From contig JAQGDQ010002411.1 in assembly GCA_030141605.1 (NCBI GenBank), positions 1 through 64,000 of the forward strand: DNA of 64,000 bases, written 5' to 3'. Below are positions 40,480 through 50,451 of this stretch, piece after piece. This DNA is from Tubiluchus corallicola (lineage: Eukaryota; Animalia; Priapulida). Position 1 is the first letter of the stretch. Each line of letters starts with the position of its first letter. Both the position numbers and the translations under genes were made by a program. The notes beneath the pieces were generated by a model that worked only from the letters and a program-made list of their open reading frames with translations, was not told the origin of the DNA and did not search any database.

Positions 40480-41508
40480 ATGAAACATACAGAAATATCT
40501 ACATTGGGCGAGTTTGGTTTGATAGACCATTTGACAAAAAATATAAAATTACAGCATCCTTCTACTGTTAAGGGAGTAGGGGATGATGCAGCTGTTTTAA
40601 GTTATGAGAATAAGCAAACTGTAGTTACTACTGATTTGTTGACGGAGGGTATTCATTTTGACCTTAGTTATGTCCCTTTAAAACACTTAGGTTACAAGGT
40701 GGCAGTAGTAAATTTCTCAGATGTGTATGCTATGAATGGCGTTCCAAAACAGTTGTTAATTACAATTGGGGTTTCCAAACGTTTTTCAGTGGAAATGATA
40801 GAGGAGTTGTATAAGGGTATTTGTTTAGCTTGTGAGGTATATGGGGTCGATTTTGTGGGAGGGGATACTTCTGCTTCATTGACGGGTTTGCATATTACAG
40901 CAACAGCTGTGGGGGAAGTAGCGAAAAATGATGTAACTTTAAGGAGTGGAGCAAAGGTAGATGATTTAGTTTGTGTAACAGGTGATTTGGGAGGAGCCTA
41001 TATGGGGCTTCAAGTGTTGGAGAGGGAGAAGAAAATATTTAGGGAGGAAAGTACTGTGCAACCTAAGTTGGAGGGCTATGACTATATATTGGAGCGGCAG
41101 TTGAAACCAGAGGCGAGAAAAGATATTGTGAAATATCTTAAAAAAATGGAGGTAAAACCTACTTCTATGATTGATGTGTCGGATGGCTTAGCAAGCGAGT
41201 TGCTGCATCTGTGCAAACAATCTGGTGTGGGGTGTAAGGTGTATGAAAACAAAATACCTATTAATGAACAGACGGGTAAAGTAGCAAACGAAATGAATAT
41301 TAGTCCAATAACTTGTGCTTTGAATGGTGGTGAGGACTATGAGTTGCTTTTTACTGTCAAACCAAAGGATGTAGAAAAGTTTTATGCTTCTACGGAGATT
41401 AGTGTTATTGGTCAAATAACGGATGAAAAAGAAGGTGGCCACCTAGTAACTACTGATGGAAAGGAGATAAAATTAAAAGCACAAGGATGGAATTCTTTGA
41501 CGGAATAA
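40480..41508 (+). CDS. thiL: Thiamine-monophosphate kinase
   Basis: GEFGLID, GDDAAV, NFSDVYAM, GGDT, IDVSDGLASE, GGEDYELLFT. Confidence 0.96.
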   Translation: MKHTEISTLGEFGLIDHLTKNIKLQHPSTVKGVGDDAAVLSYENKQTVVTTDLLTEGIHFDLSYVPLKHLGYKVAVVNFSDVYAMNGVPKQLLITIGVSKRFSVEMIEELYKGICLACEVYGVDFVGGDTSASLTGLHITATAVGEVAKNDVTLRSGAKVDDLVCVTGDLGGAYMGLQVLEREKKIFREESTVQPKLEGYDYILERQLKPEARKDIVKYLKKMEVKPTSMIDVSDGLASELLHLCKQSGVGCKVYENKIPINEQTGKVANEMNISPITCALNGGEDYELLFTVKPKDVEKFYASTEISVIGQITDEKEGGHLVTTDGKEIKLKAQGWNSLTE

Positions 41509-41563
41509 AAATTAGGAGCTATGTTTTTGTAACAAGTAGTATTTTCTAAATTTTTTCTTTTTG

Positions 41564-42547
41564 CTATTTATCTTTTAATTCTATAACTATTTTTCCTATT
41601 GTTGTTCCTGTTTCTATTTGTTGGTGAGCTTTTTGTATGTTTTTTGTAGTTAAGCCTTTCAGGGTTTGCGTGAGAGTATGTTGAATAATATTCTGCTCTA
41701 TAAGTTGAGCTACTTGTTTAAGTATGCGATGGTGTTGTATCATATCAGGAGTTTGGTAAATGGGACGAGCTGCCATAAACTCCCATACTACAAATTGATT
41801 TTTGGGTTTGTAAAGGTTGATATTGAGTGGCGTAGGGGAGTCGTCTAAGTAACAAACACCACCATTGAGTTTAAGTAATTCAGGTATTTTATCCCAGTAT
41901 TGAGCGATGTATATAGTACAAAAAATAGCATCTACTTCAGTTATATTGATGTTTTGTAACTGTGTTTTAAGGTCTTGCTTGTGGTCGATAATATGGTCTG
42001 CTCCCATTTTTTTACACCACATCTGACTTTCTGGTCGTGAAGCTGTAGCTACTACGGTTAATCCTGCCCATTTGGCAAGTTGTATGGCTATTGAGCCCAC
42101 GCCTCCTGCTCCGTTAATAATAAGCAAGGTTTTGTTTTTATTGTTTTGAGTAGGTAGTCTTAGCCGTTCAAAAAGGGCTTCATAAGCGGTAAGAGCGGTA
42201 AGGGGTAGGGCGGCTGCTTCTGTATTAGATAGGTTGTGAGGTGCAAGTGCTACGAGACGTTCATCTACGAGTTGGTATTCAGCGTTGGAGCCGTCTTTTT
42301 GCAAGTTACCCGAATAATATATTCGGTCTCCTTTTTTAAATAGAGTTACTTTTTCGCCTGTGGCTTCTACTATTCCGCAGGCATCGTATCCTGCTACGAA
42401 GGGTTCTGTTTTTCGTTGTCGTAGTTTAGTGTCAATAGGATTAATTCCAGTAGCTTTTACTTTTACAAGTAAGTTATATGCTGTGGGTGTAGTTGTAGGT
42501 TTTTCTATTTCTTGGTAGGTGTTTTGGGTGATTTGTATTGTTTTCAT
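41564..42547 (-). CDS. Zinc-type alcohol dehydrogenase-like / quinone oxidoreductase (MDR family)
   Basis: NPIDTKLR, GSNAEYQLVDERL, PLTALTAYEALF, INGAGGVGSIAIQLA. Confidence 0.9.
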   Translation of the reverse strand: MKTIQITQNTYQEIEKPTTTPTAYNLLVKVKATGINPIDTKLRQRKTEPFVAGYDACGIVEATGEKVTLFKKGDRIYYSGNLQKDGSNAEYQLVDERLVALAPHNLSNTEAAALPLTALTAYEALFERLRLPTQNNKNKTLLIINGAGGVGSIAIQLAKWAGLTVVATASRPESQMWCKKMGADHIIDHKQDLKTQLQNINITEVDAIFCTIYIAQYWDKIPELLKLNGGVCYLDDSPTPLNINLYKPKNQFVVWEFMAARPIYQTPDMIQHHRILKQVAQLIEQNIIQHTLTQTLKGLTTKNIQKAHQQIETGTTIGKIVIELKDK

Positions 42548-42656
42548 TGGGTTATTGTTTGTTTATATGTTTCATCACTTTGTCTTATTTGGTGATTGGC
42601 ATTTAATATTAGGGTGTTTCTTCGAGCTTTTGTAAAGAAAAATTGCAACTTGGTTT

Positions 42657-44600
42657 TTATTTCATAATCACAATATTACCTATGTTTCTGGTAATTTGTT
42701 TTTCTATTTCTTTTAGTTTCATATGGGTAGTAAGGTGCTGGTCTAAGTTTTCGGGGTCATTGGCTATTTTATTTTCATTTTCTTTGAGTAGGGTCCTTAT
42801 TTTTCTGAATTTGTATTGATTGATGGCTTTGGGAACAAATTCTTGTAGTTTGTCTTCTTCTTTGGTAATGATTTGTCCGTCTTTAGTCCAAAATTTATAA
42901 CTTAGTTTATATTTGAGGGATAATATATCAGCAACGAGTGATGTAACCTTACTGTCTATGTGTGTATGTAGGTATTTTTCTATATTAAATTCGGGGGTAT
43001 TTAAGTTTTCCTTTATTTTGTCGAAAATGAACTGATAAGTGGGGTTGACAGAGTAAAGCTCGTCTCCAAATATTTGAAGAATAATATATTCCTTTACCGT
43101 AGTAGTTTTAGTTTCTCCTTCTGTATTTTGAATAAATATATTATTTTCTCCATAGTGTAGCAACAGGTATATAAGGCGTTTTTCTTCGTTCTCACAAGGG
43201 TTTTCTTGAGGTTTTTCGCCTTGAGTTTGTTTGGTTTCGGAGGAAGTTTCGGATGTGTGGGTAGGCTCTGTTTTTTTGTAGGTTTGGGGTTTGTGTGTGG
43301 TGTTTCTTATTTTTTGAACTTCGCTATATAATATGTTTTCTTCTACTTGTAGTAAGGTGCTGGTTTCTTTTAAATATACTGAACGTATGATTTGGTCAGG
43401 TATAAGGGCTATGGATTGCATAATGCTGCTAATAAGATGGGCTTTTTTGATAGGGTCTTTTTCTGCTTCTTCGAGGAGTAGTTGAGTTTTAAATTTTATA
43501 AAGTCAAGTTCATTTTTTTCTATGTATTCTTGCAAGGCTGTTGCGTTCATACTTTTTGAGAATGAGTCTGGGTCTTCATTTTCGGGTAGAGGTAGTGTTT
43601 TTACATTCATACCTTGCTCTAGCAGGATGTCTATCCCACGTAGTGAGGCTTTGATGCCTGCAATGTCTCCATCGTATATAACGGTAATATTTTTTGTGAA
43701 ACGCTTGATAAGGTATATTTGCTCTTTGGTAAGGGCTGTTCCAGAGGAGGCAACTACATTTTCTATACCTGCTTGGTGTAGTGCCATTACATCAGTGTAG
43801 CCTTCTACAAGGTAACATCTGTCGTTTTTTACAATATTAGTTCTAGCTTGGTAGATGCCATAGAGGATTTTACTTTTGTTGTATACAAGAGATTCTGGGG
43901 AATTAAGGTATTTAGCAGTTTTTTTATTGTTGGATAAAGTGCGACCACCAAATCCACTAATACGTCCTGAGAGGGTGTAAATAGGAAACATTATCCTTCC
44001 TCTAAAACGGTCGAAACATTGTTTGTCATTGTGTTCTATTGTCAGTCCTGTTTCTACAAGGTATTTTTTTTTATAACCTGATTTTAAGGCTTGGTCTGTG
44101 AAGTGAGAGGATTGTTTGAGACAGTAACCTACTTGAAATTTTTTTATAATATCATCTCTAAATCCTCTTTCTTTTAAATAGCTATAAGCTACAGATAGTC
44201 CCTCGTCTGTGTTTCTAAGATTTTTAATAAAAAGTTCTTTGGCGAAGTCGTTGATGATAAGGAGACTTTCCCGTTCGTTTTTTTGTTCCAACTCTTTTGC
44301 TGTGAGTTGTCTTTCCTCTACCTCTATGTTGTATTTTCGAGCAAGATATTTAATGGCTTCTACAAAGCTGAGCTGTTCGTGTTCCATCACAAAATTAACG
44401 GGATTTCCTCCCTTGCCACAACCAAAGCACTTGTAGATATTTTTGGCAGGTGATACAGTAAAAGAAGGTGTTTTTTCGTTGTGAAAGGGACACAAGCCTT
44501 TGTAATTGACTCCTCGTTTGTTGAGAGTGATAAAATCAGAAATAACCTCAACAATTTCAGAGCGGTTTATTACTTTATCTATGGTGGATTGCGGTATCAT
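42657..44600 (-). CDS. dnaG: DNA primase
   Basis: CPFHNEKTPSF..CFGCGKGG, DRFRGRIMFPI, KYLNSPE, VEGYTDV, DGDIAG. Confidence 0.98.
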   Translation of the reverse strand: MIPQSTIDKVINRSEIVEVISDFITLNKRGVNYKGLCPFHNEKTPSFTVSPAKNIYKCFGCGKGGNPVNFVMEHEQLSFVEAIKYLARKYNIEVEERQLTAKELEQKNERESLLIINDFAKELFIKNLRNTDEGLSVAYSYLKERGFRDDIIKKFQVGYCLKQSSHFTDQALKSGYKKKYLVETGLTIEHNDKQCFDRFRGRIMFPIYTLSGRISGFGGRTLSNNKKTAKYLNSPESLVYNKSKILYGIYQARTNIVKNDRCYLVEGYTDVMALHQAGIENVVASSGTALTKEQIYLIKRFTKNITVIYDGDIAGIKASLRGIDILLEQGMNVKTLPLPENEDPDSFSKSMNATALQEYIEKNELDFIKFKTQLLLEEAEKDPIKKAHLISSIMQSIALIPDQIIRSVYLKETSTLLQVEENILYSEVQKIRNTTHKPQTYKKTEPTHTSETSSETKQTQGEKPQENPCENEEKRLIYLLLHYGENNIFIQNTEGETKTTTVKEYIILQIFGDELYSVNPTYQFIFDKIKENLNTPEFNIEKYLHTHIDSKVTSLVADILSLKYKLSYKFWTKDGQIITKEEDKLQEFVPKAINQYKFRKIRTLLKENENKIANDPENLDQHLTTHMKLKEIEKQITRNIGNIVIMK

Positions 44601-44604
44601 TCTA

Positions 44605-44612
44605 CAAAGGTA
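44605..44612 (-). promoter_or_regulatory. -7 promoter box TACCTTTG of dnaG
   Basis: Matches TAnnTTTG, 4 nt before the ATG. Confidence 0.55.
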
Positions 44613-44864
44613 AGGATTTTTTTAGCTTTTTACTTTTTATCTTGTGTGTCTTATTTTGGTGTAATAGAATGAGATGAATTAGCAAGTTTTATGGAAATAA
44701 AGTTTATGGGCAAAAATTAAGCCTAATTTTATTTTTATAAAGTCTGTTTCAATATATCAGGATACAGTAAGACAAGGGTAGATAAGAGGAATGGGCGTTT
44801 TACTTATTATGAAAAAATAGTTATTGTTTTTTTATATGAGAAACTAAAATTTCATACAATTGCT

Positions 44865-46121
44865 TTAGCTTATTTTTCCTCCTAATGTTTTAATGTCGTT
44901 AAAAAACTGGGGGTATGACTTTGCTATGCATTCTGTTTTTTGTATTGTTACGGGGTGCTTTGCCAGTAAAGAGGCAGTGGCGAGGGACATTGCTATGCGA
45001 TGGTCGTTATGTGCTTTTACAGTAATGTTGCCTTCTATTGTTTCGCCTTTTATTTTCATTGTATCTCCATCTATATCAATACTAATCCCCAATTTCTTAT
45101 ACTCTTGTTGTAATGTGATGGCACGGTCGCTTTCTTTGTATTTTAGGCGGGTAGCTCCCTTTATGGTAGTAGTGCCATTACAATGTGCTGCGAGGGATAC
45201 AAGGGCGGGGAATAAGTCAGGACAGTGGGTAGCATCAAAGCTAAAAGCATTAAGTTTGCCTCTACCAACCTTTATTCCCATTGGGGTTCTTTCTATTGTA
45301 GCTCCTGCTTGTGCCAAGGCTTTTACTATTTTTTTATCTGCTTGAGCCGATTTTTCTTCATCTATGCCGATTATTGTTACGTCTCCTCCTAATGCTCCTG
45401 CCACTAGTAGGCAGGAAATGCTACTCCAGTCTCCTTCTATTGTATAGTTCTGAGGTACATAAGTTTGATTACCTTGTATATGGAAAGTTTCATAGTTGCT
45501 ATGTTTTATTTCTACTCCAAAGTCTTTTAACACTTGTAGTGTAAGGTCTATATAGGGTTTGCTTGTTAGGTTATGTACTTCGAGAGTAGAGTTTCCATTG
45601 GCTATGGGTAGTGCGGTAAGTAGTCCTGTGAGGAACTGTGAACCAATAGAACAGTCCAATGTTACAGTAGTAGGCTGTATTCTTCCTTTTACAGTAATGG
45701 GTAGCAGCCCCTTATTGGTCTTTACTTTTACTCCCAACTGTTGCAATGGATCTTCCATCATTGCAATAGGACGAGAAAGAAGTGAGCCTTTCCCTGTAAG
45801 AGTAAGCGGCTGGTTATGTAGGCTGGCTATGGGGGTGAAAAGACGAGTAGATAGTCCTGCTTCTCCACAGTCGATTTCTTTATTAGTGGGCTTGAACCTT
45901 CCTTTGATAATGACCTTCTTGTCTTCTAATGTATAGGTAGCACCTAGCTTTTCTACTATGTTAAGAGCAATAAGTACATCATCGCTAAGTGTGTTGAAAT
46001 ATAATACACTTGTTCCATCTGCAAGTAACGAAGTAGCTATAGCTCGCTGCATTACACTTTTAGAGCTAGGAGTTTCTTTTAATATGCCTTGCAGGTTGGA
46101 TGGGTGGACAGTTGTATTCAT
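44865..46121 (-). CDS. aroA: EPSP synthase
   Basis: PSSKSVMQR, GEAGLSTR, SQFLTGLL, KESDR, DHRIAM, KSYP. Confidence 0.96.
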   Translation of the reverse strand: MNTTVHPSNLQGILKETPSSKSVMQRAIATSLLADGTSVLYFNTLSDDVLIALNIVEKLGATYTLEDKKVIIKGRFKPTNKEIDCGEAGLSTRLFTPIASLHNQPLTLTGKGSLLSRPIAMMEDPLQQLGVKVKTNKGLLPITVKGRIQPTTVTLDCSIGSQFLTGLLTALPIANGNSTLEVHNLTSKPYIDLTLQVLKDFGVEIKHSNYETFHIQGNQTYVPQNYTIEGDWSSISCLLVAGALGGDVTIIGIDEEKSAQADKKIVKALAQAGATIERTPMGIKVGRGKLNAFSFDATHCPDLFPALVSLAAHCNGTTTIKGATRLKYKESDRAITLQQEYKKLGISIDIDGDTMKIKGETIEGNITVKAHNDHRIAMSLATASLLAKHPVTIQKTECIAKSYPQFFNDIKTLGGKIS

Positions 46122-46125
46122 TTAC

Positions 46126-46761
46126 TTATATGTGTTTGAGCAATTCTTTTATCTTTTGGGTGGTATATTGCCCTGATGCTGTCGCTTCCCCTTTGTCCAT
46201 TGCTGCATAAGTAAAGGGTGCTCCTACCAATGTACAGGCGAGGCGTGTTATTCTTCCTTTTTCACCCATATTGAAAGCTACTAGGTTGTTTTTATAATGA
46301 GTATATAAGGAAATAATTGTGGCATTGTCTTCAGCAGTATGGGAGGTACATACTATTTTGGCTAAGTTTCCACCATAGGAAAGGCATTGGTCTACAAATT
46401 GCTTCAATTTTTTGTAGGGGGGTGTGGTTTTAAAGTTGTGGTAAGATATTATAACTTTGCAATTGTGCTGTTGAGCTTCTGCAATAAGCTGTTTGCGGTA
46501 ATTTTCTGGGGCTTCTATTTCAATATCTATGTAGGTGGCTCCTGATTTTATAGCTGCAGTAAGCAATTGTAGTCTTTCTTTTTCGTTATGTTTTCCTTCT
46601 CGGCAGGTGGCTATAGTGGGTATTGGGCTGGTTCTAAATAGTGTAATTAGTTCTTGCTGTGTAAGTTTAAATAAATCAATACGTATTTCTGCCATCTCTA
46701 CTTGTTGTAGTGCTTCAATACATTGCTGAAAATTAAGGTTGGAAAGACTAGTACAGATCAT
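46126..46761 (-). CDS. aroD: Type I 3-dehydroquinate dehydratase
   Basis: EIRIDL, IATCR, IISYHNF..TP, AKI, MGEKGRITRL, TASGQ. Confidence 0.92.
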   Translation of the reverse strand: MICTSLSNLNFQQCIEALQQVEMAEIRIDLFKLTQQELITLFRTSPIPTIATCREGKHNEKERLQLLTAAIKSGATYIDIEIEAPENYRKQLIAEAQQHNCKVIISYHNFKTTPPYKKLKQFVDQCLSYGGNLAKIVCTSHTAEDNATIISLYTHYKNNLVAFNMGEKGRITRLACTLVGAPFTYAAMDKGEATASGQYTTQKIKELLKHI

Positions 46762-47773
46762 TGATAATACGTTTTAATTCATTTAGTCCCATCTCTACTA
46801 CAATGGCTTCTCCTATTTTTTTCAGTAAAACGAGATGTATGTTGTCACCTTCTCGTTTTTTGTCCTTATATATAGCTTCTAAGAGTTTTTCTTTGTCTAA
46901 TTTTAGGTGCAATGGCATTTTTAGATTTTTCAATGTAGTGGTAATACGCTGGTAGTCGTTTTCGGAAATGAATTTCTTATAGAGAGATATTTTTGCAGCT
47001 ATCATTATACCTACACCTACTGCGGCTCCGTGGGGTATGTTGTAATGTTTCTCAATGGCGTGAGCAAAAGTGTGACCGAAGTTAAGTTTTTTTCTGTCTC
47101 CTTTTTCTTGTTCGTCTCTACTAACTATTTGGGCTTTTATGTTGATGGAGTTTTCTATAAGTTTTTTTATGCTGTCTTCTTCAAGTTTTAGGGCTTTTTT
47201 ATAGTTTTTTTCTAGGTAGGTAAACATGTTGGCATCTGCGATGAGTGTATGTTTAACTATTTCTCCTAGTCCGTTGATGACTTCTATCTGTGGTAAGGAT
47301 TCGAGCATTTTTGTGTCGCAAATCACGAACTCTGGCTGACGAAAGGTGCCTATGATGTTTTTATAAGCATTGAGGTTGACACCATTTTTACCTCCTACGC
47401 TAGCATCTACTTGTGAGAGTAATGTTGTGGAAACAAAGGCAAAAGGAAGTCCTCGCATATAGGTAGCGGCCACAAAGCCTGCAATGTCACAAACAATGCC
47501 TCCGCCAATGCCAAGAATGAAGGTAGAGCGGTCAGCTTCTAAAGTTATTAATTGGTTGTATATTTTTTCTACTGTTTGCAAGGTTTTTATCTTTTCTCCT
47601 GTTTCTATGGTAATGACAGGCTCATCGGCAAAGGCTTCGCCATAGTGTTTTTTTAGGTTTTTATCAGTGATGATGATAAGCTTGTAGTAAGGTATGTAGT
47701 TACGATAGTTTTGATGGTTTTCACCAAGCAGTATCGTAGATTGTTTAGAGCCTTGTATGTATATTTCTTTCAT
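46748..47773 (-). CDS. aroB: 3-dehydroquinate synthase
   Basis: GGGIVCDIAGF..YMRG..TTLLSQVDASVGGKNG, LNFGHT..HG. Confidence 0.96.
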   Translation of the reverse strand: MKEIYIQGSKQSTILLGENHQNYRNYIPYYKLIIITDKNLKKHYGEAFADEPVITIETGEKIKTLQTVEKIYNQLITLEADRSTFILGIGGGIVCDIAGFVAATYMRGLPFAFVSTTLLSQVDASVGGKNGVNLNAYKNIIGTFRQPEFVICDTKMLESLPQIEVINGLGEIVKHTLIADANMFTYLEKNYKKALKLEEDSIKKLIENSINIKAQIVSRDEQEKGDRKKLNFGHTFAHAIEKHYNIPHGAAVGVGIMIAAKISLYKKFISENDYQRITTTLKNLKMPLHLKLDKEKLLEAIYKDKKREGDNIHLVLLKKIGEAIVVEMGLNELKRIINDLY

Positions 47774-48099
47774 AGAGTTTTGTTTTGTGCAAAAGTAATT
47801 TTTATTGTGGTTTTGTCAAAATGTTATTGTAGAATGAAACTAAAAAGCAAAGATAATGCTTTTGATGATTATGTGTTTTTTACACATTTTAAAACTCAAA
47901 TTATTATGTTTTTAAGTCCATTAAATTGTGTTTTTATAAATCATAGTGTGTAATTTTCTTTGTGAACACAAACAATAAAATACTGGGTTAATCGGATATA
48001 TTATTTATTACTTTGTTTTATTTGAATTTGTATGTGAAATTTCATTTTTTTTAATGTATTTTTATTATTGTATTTTAACCTTTAAAATTAACTTGTATT

Positions 48100-48606
48100 A
48101 TGACTTATGAAAAATTTATATATAAGGTTTATAGGTTTAGTGATAAAAATTGGGAGCGTCTTTCTAATCCTTGTAATTCTTGGCAAAGGTTCTTATCCTT
48201 TTTGCTGTTATATTAGCTTTTGGAGTAGGGCGTGGGGTGTAAGTACTATTGGGTATTGGTAGTTATAGCTTTTGTATGGATGTTTTTTAGTTTTTTCTTG
48301 TTTAAAAAACCCAAAACTACAAAAAGCTGGATGTCTAAGGCTATATTGGGAGTTCGGGTATGGGCAGAGTGTGGAGCTAAAGGAGAAGTTCCGAAGCGCC
48401 ATAAAGGTATATTGCGTTTTTTTAGTATTGTTGCTGTTTTAGGAACTGTGTGGTATATTTATGGTATTGTAGTTCTTTCTGTGATAGATACTGTAGGGGG
48501 GTTAGCTCTGGTTATATTAATTAAGATGTGGTTTGCAGACAGGCTGGTATGGTTGTATGAGGATATGAAGGGTACTGATGCAAGGTATAAAAGCTGGGAG
48601 TACTGA
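48100..48606 (+). pseudogene. DUF6653-like membrane protein, frameshifted
   Basis: MTYEK..SDKNWERLSNP..W in one frame, WSRAW in another, then KPKTTKSWMSKAILGVRVW..KMWFADRLVWLYEDM; indels near 48205-48240. Confidence 0.6.
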
Positions 48607-48872
48607 GATGTAAACTTTAAAGTCAAACTAACAATTTGTTAAGGGGGTATTATCATAATTTATTTTTGTAATATTTGGTGGGAGTTTTTGTCCTTTTTTT
48701 GCTGTTATGTTGGCTTTTTGTAAGTTTTCTATAATATTAAAAGGCAGCAATTTGAATTAATGTTGCCATATAAATTTTGCTTATTATTTGTTTAAATTCG
48801 TAAAAGTGTATGAAAAAATAAGTTATTTTTACGTTTTGAAGGTTTAAAAATATAAATTTTAGCATTTGTTGA

Positions 48873-50063
48873 ATGAAATTTTCTAAGGAGATTAAAATAG
48901 GTTTTGCAGCTTTTGTTGCTGCCGTAATACTTATTTGGGGGATTAATTTTATGAAGGGGAAGGACATTTTTTCGTCCAAGAATATATACTATGCTGTTTT
49001 TAATTCTGTAAATGGCTTGCAAGTTTATAGCCCAGTAGTTTTAAATGGTTTAAAAGTGGGTCAGGTAAAGAATATTAATTTTGCTAAAAATAATAGACAA
49101 ATAGGAGATATTATTATTGCTTTAGAGTTGGAGGATGGAATAGGTATTCCTGTGGATAGTAGGGCTATTTTGCATAGTGTTGATATTATGGGGACAATGG
49201 GAATAAAAATTAGTATGGGGAGTTCTAATGAGTTTATACAGCATAAAGACACTTTGTCCAGTGAGAAGGAAAAGGGTATGTTTGAGGAATTTTCTCCTAT
49301 ACAAAGTAATCTTCTTCGACTTGTAGAATCTATAGATACTTTGGTTAGTGGGTTAAATAGCGTATTGAATGTGGAGACAAGAGCTAATTTTAAAGGGATA
49401 GTTCATAATGTTAATAATCTTACTGAGGTGTTGGATAAAAATATAAAAGATATTTTAACTGACGTTGAGTCAATAATAAGTAGTGAAAAAATAATTCATA
49501 TTGTGGATAATTTATCTACTATTTCTGATTCGTTATCAAAGGTGAAATTTGTATCGCTTAGTGCTTCTATAGAAGAAGCAGCAAAGGGGGTTTCTGATAT
49601 TTTGGCTAAGTTGGATTCAGAGCAGGGGTCGTTGGGATTGTTGCTGAATGATGATGACTTGTATGTTAATTTGAACTCAGCTACGACTAATTTAGATAGG
49701 TTGCTTCAAGATTTTAAAACGAATCCAGATAAATATGTAAGTGTGTCAGTTTTTGGTGGAAAGAAAAAGGTGTTTTATGTAGATAAAGAGGAGTATGACA
49801 ATGTATTTAAGAAGGATATAAGCTATAAAGTACAGGTGAAACAATCAGAAATTCCTATTTCTTTAGCTGCAGAATTTTTTGAGGGTGAGGAGGTAGAAGA
49901 AATTTTACATAAGAAAGTATATATGTATGTGGTAGGTGATTTTGAAAGTGTTGAGGAGGTACAGCAGGAGTATGAACGTTTGTTGTTGAGGTTTCCAGAG
50001 GCTAAAGTAGTTGCGTTCAAGAAGGAGGATATGATTTCACTAGAAAAAGCGAAGGATATTTAG
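48873..50063 (+). CDS. MCE/MlaD family protein with an extra C-terminal domain
   Basis: KEIKIG TM, GL..SPVVLNGLKVGQV, GSLGLLLNDDDLY..LLQDFKTNP.KYV. Confidence 0.88.
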   Translation: MKFSKEIKIGFAAFVAAVILIWGINFMKGKDIFSSKNIYYAVFNSVNGLQVYSPVVLNGLKVGQVKNINFAKNNRQIGDIIIALELEDGIGIPVDSRAILHSVDIMGTMGIKISMGSSNEFIQHKDTLSSEKEKGMFEEFSPIQSNLLRLVESIDTLVSGLNSVLNVETRANFKGIVHNVNNLTEVLDKNIKDILTDVESIISSEKIIHIVDNLSTISDSLSKVKFVSLSASIEEAAKGVSDILAKLDSEQGSLGLLLNDDDLYVNLNSATTNLDRLLQDFKTNPDKYVSVSVFGGKKKVFYVDKEEYDNVFKKDISYKVQVKQSEIPISLAAEFFEGEEVEEILHKKVYMYVVGDFESVEEVQQEYERLLLRFPEAKVVAFKKEDMISLEKAKDI

Positions 50064-50451
50064 GAGGTAATTTTGGATAGAATGTTAAGAAGGAGTTTAA
50101 TGGGGGGGCTGAAATTGCCTGCAAGTTGTTTCAATGTCTTTTTATTTATACTTATTTTAAATAATAAAAATAAATATAAGGTGTAAGCCTCTTATTGTTA
50201 TTGTATTATGTGGTGTGAAAAAAGTTCTTTAATTGTAATTGCTTAGTAATTATTAAATTAAATGTAGAGTTCTTTTTTTTTCATAAGAGTGCAAGAAATT
50301 AAGTAGTTATAAATTTTTGAAAAATGCAAATAATACATCATTTTTTTTTCATTTATTTTTTTATGAAATTTGTGCTATCTTAATTTTAAATATTAGAAAA
50401 AGTAGTTAGTTTTTTATAAGATAAATAGACATAAAAATTTGTAAGAAAAGC

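Noticed and set aside
50064-50451. oriC upstream of dnaA
   Set aside because: AT-rich but no DnaA-box cluster (one perfect TGTGGATAA at 49502 lies inside mlaD) and no visible skew switch
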